From positions 1 through 35,518 of the forward strand of contig JAZDNN010000009.1 of the NCBI GenBank assembly GCA_043799675.1: 35,518 nucleotides of DNA, in the 5' to 3' direction. Positions 17,722-26,558 of this stretch are shown piece by piece. This DNA comes from Candidatus Aenigmatarchaeota archaeon (GTDB lineage Archaea > Aenigmatarchaeota > Aenigmatarchaeia > Aenigmatarchaeales > JACQIB01). Below the pieces are notes generated by a model, which was given only the letters and a program-made list of their open reading frames with translations, ran no database searches and was not told where the DNA came from. Position numbers and translations under genes: made by a program. Each line of letters starts with the position of its first letter. Within the stretch, counting starts at the first letter, position 1.

Positions 17722-18885
17722 ATGCTTCACCTGTTCATCAAGGGCAAGAATCCGGAACTGTCAAGCGCCGAGCTTCGTTCGATGGTAAACGGAAAGCTGG
17801 TCGACTCAACCGATTCTTTCGATGTCTACGAGATCGAAAAGCCGCCTGCCGCGGCCCAGCTCGGGGGAACACTGAAAATCGCGGCCGTCAAAGCGGAGAT
17901 ACCGGCAGGGTCGGATGCCGGAGAACTGGAGGCTGCGGCCGGCAGAGCGATACCCGAAAACACCCCCAAGAAAATGCTGTTCGGGGTCAGCGTCTACCCG
18001 TTGAAGTTGCCTGCTTACAGGACCCAAAAGGCCGTCGGGATGGCCGTCAAGCATGCCCTAAAGGAAAAGGGAACAAAAGCGGCGTTCATGGGATTTCCCA
18101 AGCAAAGGATAGTCCCGGAGCTTACGAACGTGGAAGTCATCAAACGCGGGCTTGTGAAGGACGGCTTCGAGCTGCTGGTATGCGAGTCCGAAACCAGGAT
18201 TTATTTTGCGCTGACAACCGACGTCCACGACCCGTTCGAGTTCCAGAAAAGGGACACCGGAAGGCCGGTACAGAGGACGATATTTTCGATTCCACCGAGG
18301 CTGGCCAGAACCATGGTAAATCTGGCGCTTGAGGGAAGGAATGGAACGCTGCTGGACCCGTTCTGCGGGATAGGGACCATACTGCAGGAAGCGGCGCTGG
18401 GAGGAGCAGACATCCGGGGAACGGACATCGATGCGGAGGCAATCAAGGGCTGCCTGACCAACCTGAAATGGCTTGAGAAGGAAAACACGCTGGAAATCGA
18501 AGAGCCGGAAAAGAAAATGTTCCGTTGGGACGCCGCGGAGCTCTTCAAGGTGTTTGCCAACGGCAGCATCGATGCAATCGCAACGGAACCCTACCTCGGA
18601 CCGCCCCTGAAGAAACCGCCCGAGGAACAGGAGGCGGAAAAGCTGGTGAATGAACTTACAGCCTTCTATGAGAAGATGTTACCGTCCATCCGGGACACGC
18701 TCAAACCTGGCGGGAAGATGGCAATAGTGATACCTGCCATCAGGACCGCAGAGGGCGGAGAGATGGCGGTCGATGCACGGGCGCTTGCAGAGAAGAACGG
18801 CATGGAGATACTCGGCATCTACAAGGACGCAGAACCACGGCACCTAACCGTCAGGCTGATAACCGTCCTGAAAAAATCAGCGTAG
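17722..18885 (+). CDS. Trm11/TrmG10-like tRNA methyltransferase (THUMP-like N-terminus plus class I MTase)
   Basis: SIPPRLARTMVNL, LLDPFCGIGTILQEA, IATEPYLG. Confidence 0.8.
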   Translation: MLHLFIKGKNPELSSAELRSMVNGKLVDSTDSFDVYEIEKPPAAAQLGGTLKIAAVKAEIPAGSDAGELEAAAGRAIPENTPKKMLFGVSVYPLKLPAYRTQKAVGMAVKHALKEKGTKAAFMGFPKQRIVPELTNVEVIKRGLVKDGFELLVCESETRIYFALTTDVHDPFEFQKRDTGRPVQRTIFSIPPRLARTMVNLALEGRNGTLLDPFCGIGTILQEAALGGADIRGTDIDAEAIKGCLTNLKWLEKENTLEIEEPEKKMFRWDAAELFKVFANGSIDAIATEPYLGPPLKKPPEEQEAEKLVNELTAFYEKMLPSIRDTLKPGGKMAIVIPAIRTAEGGEMAVDARALAEKNGMEILGIYKDAEPRHLTVRLITVLKKSA

Positions 18886-19434
18886 TATCTTCATGGTCAC
18901 TTTCTTGGATTCGGTATCAATCATGGCATAGCTCTTCTCGGCTATTGAGCCTGCATTGACCACGACCGTCTTTCCTATGTCAAAGACCCCGCGGCCTTCG
19001 TGTATGTGCCCGCACAGCCAGAACTGCGGCTTGAGCCTTTGAGCCGCTTTTCTGAATTCCCTGTTACCGACCGGCCCGACCCACGAAAGGTCGCCCGCAC
19101 CAAAAGGGGGTTCGTGGGTGACGAAAATCAGCTTATCGGAATGCTCCACATCAGGAACCTCCTGGCCGAAGCCGACACCGACCCATTTCCAGCCGGCGAT
19201 ATCGAGCACACGACCACCTATGTCGAAAGGCTCCAGAGCCTCCAGGACATCGGGTCCTTCGTAGAAGTTCCCATGAACCGCAATTACCGGAACCTTGACG
19301 TGCTTTAGCGGCTCGACATCCTTCAGGCGCTCGAAATCGCCCGTCACGACCAGCACATCGAACTTCTCCTTCTCGATGACGCGCTTGAAGGCAGCGGACG
19401 CGCTGTGAATATCCGACACGTGAAGTATCCTCAT
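18877..19434 (-). CDS. Calcineurin-like metallophosphoesterase
   Basis: SDIH, TGD, HGN, THEPP, CGHIHE, VNAGS. Confidence 0.9.
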   Translation of the reverse strand: MRILHVSDIHSASAAFKRVIEKEKFDVLVVTGDFERLKDVEPLKHVKVPVIAVHGNFYEGPDVLEALEPFDIGGRVLDIAGWKWVGVGFGQEVPDVEHSDKLIFVTHEPPFGAGDLSWVGPVGNREFRKAAQRLKPQFWLCGHIHEGRGVFDIGKTVVVNAGSIAEKSYAMIDTESKKVTMKILR

Positions 19435-19485
19435 GGCCTGAACCTCGACACAAATCGGTTCATCGCAACGTAAAAACGCAACGGT

Positions 19486-21726
19486 TCAGTCAAAGTCAAA
19501 CCCCTTCTTAACGGTGCCTGCTTCCAGCTGTTCCCTTATGCCTTTTGCCACCGCCGGACCGACCAGTTTTGCCAGGTCAGGTGCAGGCAATGCACGGAGC
19601 TTCCGTGTATCGGTAACCCCAGCATTGAACAGCAACCTTGCCCTGACACGTCCGATTCCCTTTATGCGCACCAAGGGGAGCAGCTCCTCCTTTATCCCGT
19701 ACTTTGCCCTCAACCTCAGCTTCCTTATTTCCGGCTGTGCTATGCGCTTGCCGGAGAGCTCAGCAAGCTGGTCCAACGCATACAAGAGCCAATCGACGTT
19801 CTCCAAGCGGACATGCAGCTCGCCGGGGCTCATCTTGTACTTCGCAAGCAATGCGTCCTCACCCACTTCATGCACCCAGTTCTCCAGAACAATCGCAATC
19901 TTGACCGCCCCGACAAAGTTCTCGAAATCGACATCCCATTGCTCCGGCACCTCGCCCATTATGAACTGTCCGCGCTTTTCCAGAGCGGACTCGATGTCCG
20001 GCATCTCCCTGTCCGAAACGGACGGCTGCGGAGCCATCTCCGGGGTGGAGGCCATCAACTGCAACAAACCGAACGGGGAGACCTTGTAGTTTTCCAACGC
20101 TTCGATGAAGATGTGGGCGGTATCGGGGTCTATGTACAATTCGCTCACCCTCTTTCCGAGCTGGGTGGGTTTCAGCTCGCGACCCGTCCGGACAACAAAC
20201 CCCCAATCGGCAAGCTCCGCCAATATCTTCCGGGTCATTTCCGAGATGTGATCCGGGTCGTTGAACTGATGACCCCAGAAAGTGGTCAGATAGAAATCAA
20301 GCAGCTCTTTCTCTGTCCTCACGTCCTCGGTCGCCACCAAGGCAAGCGTATGCATGCGCAGCACCGGTTCGACCGCAAGCTTGCTGGTTATTTCCTCCGG
20401 CTCGCTCATCACGAAATGCTCAATCAGCTCGTCGGTCTCGCGGCGGTTATGCGAGACCAGGATGCTTTCTCCCTGCGTGTCCCAGCGCGGCCTGCCGGCC
20501 CTTCCCCTCATCTGCTCGTACTCCAGCACGGGTATGTAGGCATAACCGTAGCCGGCGGCGAAACGCTTGGCGTCCCTGATGATTACGCGGTATGCCGGCA
20601 AATCGACTCCCATCGCAAGCGTCGGGGTCGCGGCGATTATCTTCACAAGCCTGTCGCGGAAAGCATGCTCAAGCAGGCTGCGCTGCCTGCCTACCAGACC
20701 CGCATGGTGGAAAGCGGAACCGTCCCGGACCATCTTTGCAAGCCTGCGGCACTGTTTTGTCGGGCTGTCGAGCACATTTTCAAGGTCATGCGCAAGCTTT
20801 TCGAGCTTTTCCTTCTCTTCCGGTTTGAGATGCTTCTTCACGGCCCCGCCCGCCTTTTCGGCTATCGCCTCGGCGTTCCGGCGCGTGCCCGCAAAAATCA
20901 GCGCCTGCTTCCCCATCTCGGCGGTCTGATCGACCAGAACGATTTCCGGCGGTTCGCCGTCGCAGGGCATCGGAATGCCGTCGTTATCTTCAACCAGTTC
21001 GGCGGCGCTGACAAAATCATCCTCCTTCTCCGGGTCGATGGGCTTCCTGGGTTTGCCCTTTTCCACAAAAGTAAGCTGCTCCCCGTCATACACGCCCTCC
21101 TTCAGTTTCACGGGCCGCCAGTCGCTGCGAATCAGCTTGGCGCCAATCCAGTCGGCCAGCTCGTTGGCGTTGCTGATGGTCGCGCTGAGGAAAAGGAAAC
21201 GCATGACAGGATTGAGATGCTTCAGGCGCGCAATGGTCACTTCTAATGTAGGGCCCCGGCCGGGGTCGTTGAGCAAATGCACTTCATCTATCACGGCAAC
21301 ACCTATCTGGTTCATCCAGGGAGCCTTGTGCCTCATGAGGGAATCGGCCTTCTCGCTGGTGAGGATTATGATGTCGTAGCGGGAGAGCCACTGGTCGGTG
21401 GAATCGAAATCACCGGTGCTCATGCCCACGTTTATGCCCAACCTGCCGTAGCGTTCCTTGAAAGATTCATACTTCTCGCTGGCCAATGCACGGAGCGGGA
21501 CAACATACACCGCCTTTTGCTTCTTCTGAAGGATGCTCTTTACCATCACCAGCTCGGCAAGCAGGGTCTTGCCGGAAGCGGTGGGAGCGGAAACCACCCA
21601 GCTGGAATCAAGATTCAACAATCCTGCCTCGATTGCCTGGGCCTGCAGAGGGTTGAATTTCTGTATACCGGCATCGCGCAATACCTGCCTGAAGCGGGTT
21701 TGAATGTCGGCAGAATCAAGGTCCAT
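19486..21726 (-). CDS. hel308: Ski2-like DNA helicase Hel308/Hjm
   Basis: APTASGKT, PLRALASEK, DEVH, SAT, FHHAGL, QMRGRAGRP, GIGRVRAR; start 21726 (alternative 21741). Confidence 0.95.
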   Translation of the reverse strand: MDLDSADIQTRFRQVLRDAGIQKFNPLQAQAIEAGLLNLDSSWVVSAPTASGKTLLAELVMVKSILQKKQKAVYVVPLRALASEKYESFKERYGRLGINVGMSTGDFDSTDQWLSRYDIIILTSEKADSLMRHKAPWMNQIGVAVIDEVHLLNDPGRGPTLEVTIARLKHLNPVMRFLFLSATISNANELADWIGAKLIRSDWRPVKLKEGVYDGEQLTFVEKGKPRKPIDPEKEDDFVSAAELVEDNDGIPMPCDGEPPEIVLVDQTAEMGKQALIFAGTRRNAEAIAEKAGGAVKKHLKPEEKEKLEKLAHDLENVLDSPTKQCRRLAKMVRDGSAFHHAGLVGRQRSLLEHAFRDRLVKIIAATPTLAMGVDLPAYRVIIRDAKRFAAGYGYAYIPVLEYEQMRGRAGRPRWDTQGESILVSHNRRETDELIEHFVMSEPEEITSKLAVEPVLRMHTLALVATEDVRTEKELLDFYLTTFWGHQFNDPDHISEMTRKILAELADWGFVVRTGRELKPTQLGKRVSELYIDPDTAHIFIEALENYKVSPFGLLQLMASTPEMAPQPSVSDREMPDIESALEKRGQFIMGEVPEQWDVDFENFVGAVKIAIVLENWVHEVGEDALLAKYKMSPGELHVRLENVDWLLYALDQLAELSGKRIAQPEIRKLRLRAKYGIKEELLPLVRIKGIGRVRARLLFNAGVTDTRKLRALPAPDLAKLVGPAVAKGIREQLEAGTVKKGFDFD

Positions 21727-21780
21727 GGACCCTATCAGCATCGCCGACTGATATAAATATCGGGGAGCCAAAAACAGGCC

Positions 21781-22449
21781 ATGCGCGGGAAACTCATAGT
21801 GTTCGAAGGGACGGATTCTTCGGGAAAGAGGACACAGGTGAACCTGCTCGAGCAAAGGCTGAGGGCGGACGGAAGAAAAATCGAAACGATGAGCTTTCCG
21901 AGTTACAGTAAGACAAAACTGGGTGATCTCGTAGGCCGCTATCTTTCCGGTGAGTTCGGTACGAAGGAAGACGTCGGGCCTGAAGTGGGCTCAATGTTCT
22001 TCATGATGGACCGCTACCAATTCAAGAACAGTATAAAAGGCATACTTGAAAGCGGAAACACGCTTCTGATGGACAGGTACACGACCTCGAACATCTTCCA
22101 GGCGGCGGAAATGGAAGGCGACGAACGCTTCAGGGTATGGGAATGGATAAAGTCAGTTGACTCAAGGTTGCCCAAGCCCGACGTGGTTGTTTTCCTGAAC
22201 GTCGACCCCAAGATAAGCGACAGGCTGTTCGCCGCTAGGGATGTGAAAAATGTCCACATAGGAAAGGGAAGCCAGGACATGCTGGAAAGGGACAAAACAT
22301 ACCAGGAGAAAGTGAGGCTGCTCTATCTTGAGATAGCGCGGAAAGAGGATTGGATAATCATAGAATGCTGCAAGGGGGGCATGATGAGGAAGCCCGATGA
22401 AATACATGAGGAAATCCACAGGAGACTCAAGGAAAGGAACATACTTTAG
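21781..22449 (+). CDS. tmk: Thymidylate kinase
   Basis: IVFEGTDSSGKRTQ, SFPSY, MDRYTTSN, PKPDVVVFL. Confidence 0.9.
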   Translation: MRGKLIVFEGTDSSGKRTQVNLLEQRLRADGRKIETMSFPSYSKTKLGDLVGRYLSGEFGTKEDVGPEVGSMFFMMDRYQFKNSIKGILESGNTLLMDRYTTSNIFQAAEMEGDERFRVWEWIKSVDSRLPKPDVVVFLNVDPKISDRLFAARDVKNVHIGKGSQDMLERDKTYQEKVRLLYLEIARKEDWIIIECCKGGMMRKPDEIHEEIHRRLKERNIL

Positions 22450-22488
22450 TCGGATAAATATTAGATTCGGATAAACTATTCGAACGTT

Positions 22489-23964
22489 ATGGCCCAGAAT
22501 GAACAGACGATACTGGATTACTTCTTCACCAATCCGGACAAGCCCATATTCGCCCTGCGGAACGTGCCGACCCCGCTGCAGAACTACATCTACATGGGCA
22601 TAAGCAGGTTCCCTAATGTGCGGGAGAGGTTCCTCAAGGTCCTGGGCGAGCACTGCGACATCGGGGAAGTCGCGAAGGCGATAAACGGCAGCAGGATAGA
22701 AGCGGCGCTGGCGCCTGCCATGGAATTCGCGGCCGAGCGCAACAACGACATGTACTTCAACATCAAGCACGGCTCAAGCGCGGAGGGGGCTTCCGCTTTC
22801 GTGGTTGCGGAGAACTGCCCCATCTATGCCACCGAGAACCTGCAGGACTTCTACTGGCCGATGACCACCATGGAGTTCTCGACAAGGTACGCGAAGAGGT
22901 TCGACATCAACCACGTCTATTGGGACCCGAAACTGATGGTATCGGAGTTCGCTGAAGAGGCCAGGGCGGTGATAGCAAGGAACTTCGACCTGTACGAGAA
23001 AGGGTTCGAACCGGTGATGGAGATAGTGAGGCAAAGGCTGCAGGGAGCCGAACTCAAGGAAACCGTTTCTGCGCTGGACGCGGTAAGGTGCTGCATACCG
23101 ATTGCCGCCCAGACGACAATACTGCTTGGAGGAAACAGGCGGGCCGTAGGGGAGCACTTCGGAAAGCTTCTCTCGACCGATGACAGCTACGTGAAGGAAT
23201 ACGCGAAGGAATCCCTTTCCGAACTGTCAAAGGCTAGCCCCGGATTCTTCGAGAACATCCAGCCGGATGCGCACCTGATGGTCCGAAACAACCGCCTCAG
23301 GGAATATTCCAACCAGCTGTTCAGGGGGAGGTTCGAACCGGTCGAGGAAACCACCACGCTGTGCTACAATTATCCCCTGGAGGAGACGGCGATGGCCCAG
23401 ATACTCTATCCGTATTGCTTCGTACCGTTCCGGAAGGTCTTTGACAAGGTGTCCGGCTTCAACGAGACCGAACGGAAAGAGCTGTTCGGCATCGCGACCG
23501 AAGGAAGGGAGAACAGGAAACCCGCGATAAGAGGGTTCGAGACCAGGCCGCTGATTTATGAGATAGAAACCGGATGGAGGCTGTGGAAGGACTTCAAACG
23601 GAACCGGATGAACCTGCGCTTCCACCAGGACATCAGAGGGCTTGCCGGATGGGAAACCCCGGACCTCATTGCGGAATCGAGCGTGGCAAAGGAATACCAG
23701 GAAACCATGAAGAGCACCTCGAACCTGATGGAAAAGATAAACGACAGGCACCCCGGACTTGCAAGGACGGTCGCGGCACAGGGCTCTAAGAAACGCTTCC
23801 TGCTGTGCATGGGACCGAGACAGTTCACGTACATAGGAGAGCTCAGGACCATCGGTGAAGGGGACAGAGGCTACAGGAAGATAGGCAGCAGGATGATAGA
23901 GCTCGCAAAGAACGAGAATCCCAGGCTGTTCGGGCATGTCAAGGACAGCTACAGGGCGGCATAA
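22489..23964 (+). CDS. thyX: Tandem-domain (long-form) ThyX-like flavin-dependent thymidylate synthase, with divergent motifs
   Basis: YFFTNPDKPIFALRN N-terminus, HGSSAE, MEFSTRY, DAVRCCIP, DFKRNRM, ELRT...G...YR; lies between tmk and glyA. Confidence 0.7.
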   Translation: MAQNEQTILDYFFTNPDKPIFALRNVPTPLQNYIYMGISRFPNVRERFLKVLGEHCDIGEVAKAINGSRIEAALAPAMEFAAERNNDMYFNIKHGSSAEGASAFVVAENCPIYATENLQDFYWPMTTMEFSTRYAKRFDINHVYWDPKLMVSEFAEEARAVIARNFDLYEKGFEPVMEIVRQRLQGAELKETVSALDAVRCCIPIAAQTTILLGGNRRAVGEHFGKLLSTDDSYVKEYAKESLSELSKASPGFFENIQPDAHLMVRNNRLREYSNQLFRGRFEPVEETTTLCYNYPLEETAMAQILYPYCFVPFRKVFDKVSGFNETERKELFGIATEGRENRKPAIRGFETRPLIYEIETGWRLWKDFKRNRMNLRFHQDIRGLAGWETPDLIAESSVAKEYQETMKSTSNLMEKINDRHPGLARTVAAQGSKKRFLLCMGPRQFTYIGELRTIGEGDRGYRKIGSRMIELAKNENPRLFGHVKDSYRAA

Positions 23965-25248
23965 ATGCTGAAATTCCTGAAAGGTGCGGACCCGGAAATA
24001 TATCAGGCCGTCATGTCCGAGCTGGGGAGGCAAAGGAACACCATCGAACTCATCGCAAGCGAGAACTTCACAAGCCCGGCGATCATGGAGGCATGCGGCT
24101 CCTGGCTCACCAACAAATATGCGGAAGGCCTCCCTGGCAAGCGCTACTACGGCGGGAACAAGTTCATAGACGTCTGCGAGGACCTCGCAAGGGAGAGGGC
24201 GAAGAAACTGTTCGGTGCGGAGCATGCGAACGTACAGCCTCATGCAGGTTCGCAGGCGAACATGGCCGCGTATTTTGCACTGCTGAACACCGGTGACAAA
24301 ATACTGAGCGTGGAACTGGATCACGGAGGACATCTTTCGCACGGGAGCAAGGTCAACTTTTCAGGTAAATGGTACACCATATGCTGGTACCCCCTGGACA
24401 AGGAAACGGAACAATTGGATTACGACAAGATAAGAAAATTGGCGGAAAAAGAAAGACCCAAGCTGGTGCTGTGCGGGTATTCCGCCTATCCGAGGGCGAT
24501 AGACTTCAAGGCGTTCAGGGAGGCGGCGGATGCCGCAGGGGCATACCTCATGGCCGACATAGCCCACATAGCGGGCCTCGTAGCCGCAGGCGTGCACGAG
24601 AGTCCGGTACCCTATGCGGACGTGGTCACCACCACCACCCACAAGACCCTGCGCGGACCGAGAGGGGCAATCATACTATCAAAGGAAAAGGACAGGCTGA
24701 AACCAGATGCGGAAAGGACGCTGGCTCAAAGAATTGATTCGGCCGTGTTCCCGGGGCTTCAGGGAGGCCCGCTCGAGCACATAATCGCGGCAAAGGCGGT
24801 CTGCTTCAGGGAAGCTATGAGCTACGAATTCAGGGAATACCAGAAGCAGATAGTGAGGAACGCGAAAGCGATGGCCGGTGAACTGATGAACGAGGGATTC
24901 AGGCTGGTGAGCGGAGGGACCGACAACCATCTCATACTTGTCGACCTCACGAACAAGGGCATTGCCGGCAAGGAGGCACAGACCATCCTGGACGAGGCCG
25001 GGATAACGGTCAACAAGAACATGATACCGTATGACATCAGGAAACCCACCGACCCGTCGGGAATAAGGATAGGAACGCCGGCCGTGACAACTCGCGGGAT
25101 GAACGAGGATGACATGAGACAGATTGCCAGATGGGTCGGAAAAGTCATATCGAGTCCGAAAGATTCCTTGATGCGGGAGAAAATCCACAACGACGTGCAG
25201 GAACTCTGCAACAGGTTCCCGCTATATCCGGAACTGGAAATGCAGTAA
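23965..25248 (+). CDS. glyA: Serine hydroxymethyltransferase (bacterial/THF type)
   Basis: [51 protein letters not shown]. Confidence 0.97.
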   Translation: MLKFLKGADPEIYQAVMSELGRQRNTIELIASENFTSPAIMEACGSWLTNKYAEGLPGKRYYGGNKFIDVCEDLARERAKKLFGAEHANVQPHAGSQANMAAYFALLNTGDKILSVELDHGGHLSHGSKVNFSGKWYTICWYPLDKETEQLDYDKIRKLAEKERPKLVLCGYSAYPRAIDFKAFREAADAAGAYLMADIAHIAGLVAAGVHESPVPYADVVTTTTHKTLRGPRGAIILSKEKDRLKPDAERTLAQRIDSAVFPGLQGGPLEHIIAAKAVCFREAMSYEFREYQKQIVRNAKAMAGELMNEGFRLVSGGTDNHLILVDLTNKGIAGKEAQTILDEAGITVNKNMIPYDIRKPTDPSGIRIGTPAVTTRGMNEDDMRQIARWVGKVISSPKDSLMREKIHNDVQELCNRFPLYPELEMQ

Positions 25249-25266
25249 TCAAGGCTTAAATGATTT

Positions 25267-25935
25267 GTGATGCCTCCATCGGGCATGAAATCACGCAAGG
25301 AAGGACATGTCCTGGTAGTGGAGCTGGAAAAGCGCAAATTATCGAAAGAGATAGATGATACCATCCGGCACATGGAAGGTCAGGGTATTTTCAATTCGCC
25401 GAACATACTGCGCTACGTTTACATGGGAAACACGGACATAATACTGGAGCACGGCACGGACCGGCACAAAGAGCGTGATTTCGATTTCTGGGCCGGCACG
25501 AACCCGTTGAGCAAAGAAGCGGTAGAAGTGTGCAGGAGCTGCATCAAGACACACAAGTTCGAGGATGTTGCAGAAGCTTCCGAATGGCTTCACCATTACG
25601 ACAAGAACGGGAAACCCCACTTTTCCAAGCGGCTGAACATAAGATGTCCGAGCCAAGACAAGACCCAACTTGACAACCGTTACCTGAACCACTGGCAATG
25701 CGCGCTGTACATGCGGCTTTCCGACGGGCCGAGAGTGTTCTACGGGTCCGAAGACGCGGGCAGGATTCCACAGGAAAGCATGCTTGGCTCTCTCAGTCTT
25801 CTGAAATATGACGAAAGGACCAACCTGCTTGTCTACGACAGGAGCAAAGTGGAACAGTTCGACTGTGAAAAATACATCTTCAGGGAAGGTGTGAAACCGA
25901 AAGAAGCGCTGAAATGCGTCGTGTCAAAATACTAA
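25267..25935 (+). CDS. Hypothetical protein
   Basis: ORF of about 220 aa filling the gap, TTAAA upstream; no recognisable motif. Confidence 0.65.
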   Translation: MMPPSGMKSRKEGHVLVVELEKRKLSKEIDDTIRHMEGQGIFNSPNILRYVYMGNTDIILEHGTDRHKERDFDFWAGTNPLSKEAVEVCRSCIKTHKFEDVAEASEWLHHYDKNGKPHFSKRLNIRCPSQDKTQLDNRYLNHWQCALYMRLSDGPRVFYGSEDAGRIPQESMLGSLSLLKYDERTNLLVYDRSKVEQFDCEKYIFREGVKPKEALKCVVSKY

Positions 25936-26462
25936 GGCATCTTCCAGAGCTGCCAGCTGCTCCATGCCGCCACTGCAAGCCCTATCAGGAACACCGCCGA
26001 AGCGGGGCTTACCAGGTCCGGCGGGAGCATGGGCTGCGGAGGAACGGAAAGAATGTTGTTCGGAACGGCCTTCACGTTCTCAGAAGGAGCGGTAACGGGT
26101 CCTCCGGCAGAACCCGCGGACATGTATGCAGGGGAATAAAGGACGTTCAGGCTCGAGAAGATGAGCAGGACTCCCAGGCCGAGTATCACGGCAAACTGGA
26201 CGGGCCACTTCGGGGCCGCCAGGTTCTTTCCCTTCTCCGAAAGCTCGTAATATATCCACTTGTGACCGGTCTCCACCTTCCTTACCAGCCCGGCCTTTTC
26301 CAACGTGCTCAGGTGCTCGACCACGGTGGAAGGTGCAAGATTGTGCTCGCGCGCAAGCTCGCTGGGCATCTTTCGCCTTTCACCCAACGATTTCAGGATG
26401 GCCACCCGCGTATCGGAAGCCAGCGCCCTTATCGAGTCGCGATCAAGCTGGGACATATACAA
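25932..26462 (-). CDS. ArsR-type winged-helix regulator with C-terminal transmembrane segments
   Basis: RALASDTRVAILKSL...PSELAREHNLAPSTVVEHLSTLEKAGLV...KWIYYEL, then two hydrophobic helices. Confidence 0.85.
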   Translation of the reverse strand: MYMSQLDRDSIRALASDTRVAILKSLGERRKMPSELAREHNLAPSTVVEHLSTLEKAGLVRKVETGHKWIYYELSEKGKNLAAPKWPVQFAVILGLGVLLIFSSLNVLYSPAYMSAGSAGGPVTAPSENVKAVPNNILSVPPQPMLPPDLVSPASAVFLIGLAVAAWSSWQLWKMP

Positions 26463-26558
26463 CCTATCCCGCGGACACGCTTTAAATCCGTTGTAATCGT
26501 TTGGTCGCCACCGAACAAAAAACGGGGCGTTTAAATTCAGGTTCCGAGAGTAAAGGTT

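Noticed and set aside
19813..21246. 477-aa antisense ORF (and similar long shadow ORFs such as 23227-24342 and 29903-30733)
   Set aside because: They lie opposite well-conserved genes, have no motifs, and are expected from GC-rich codon bias.
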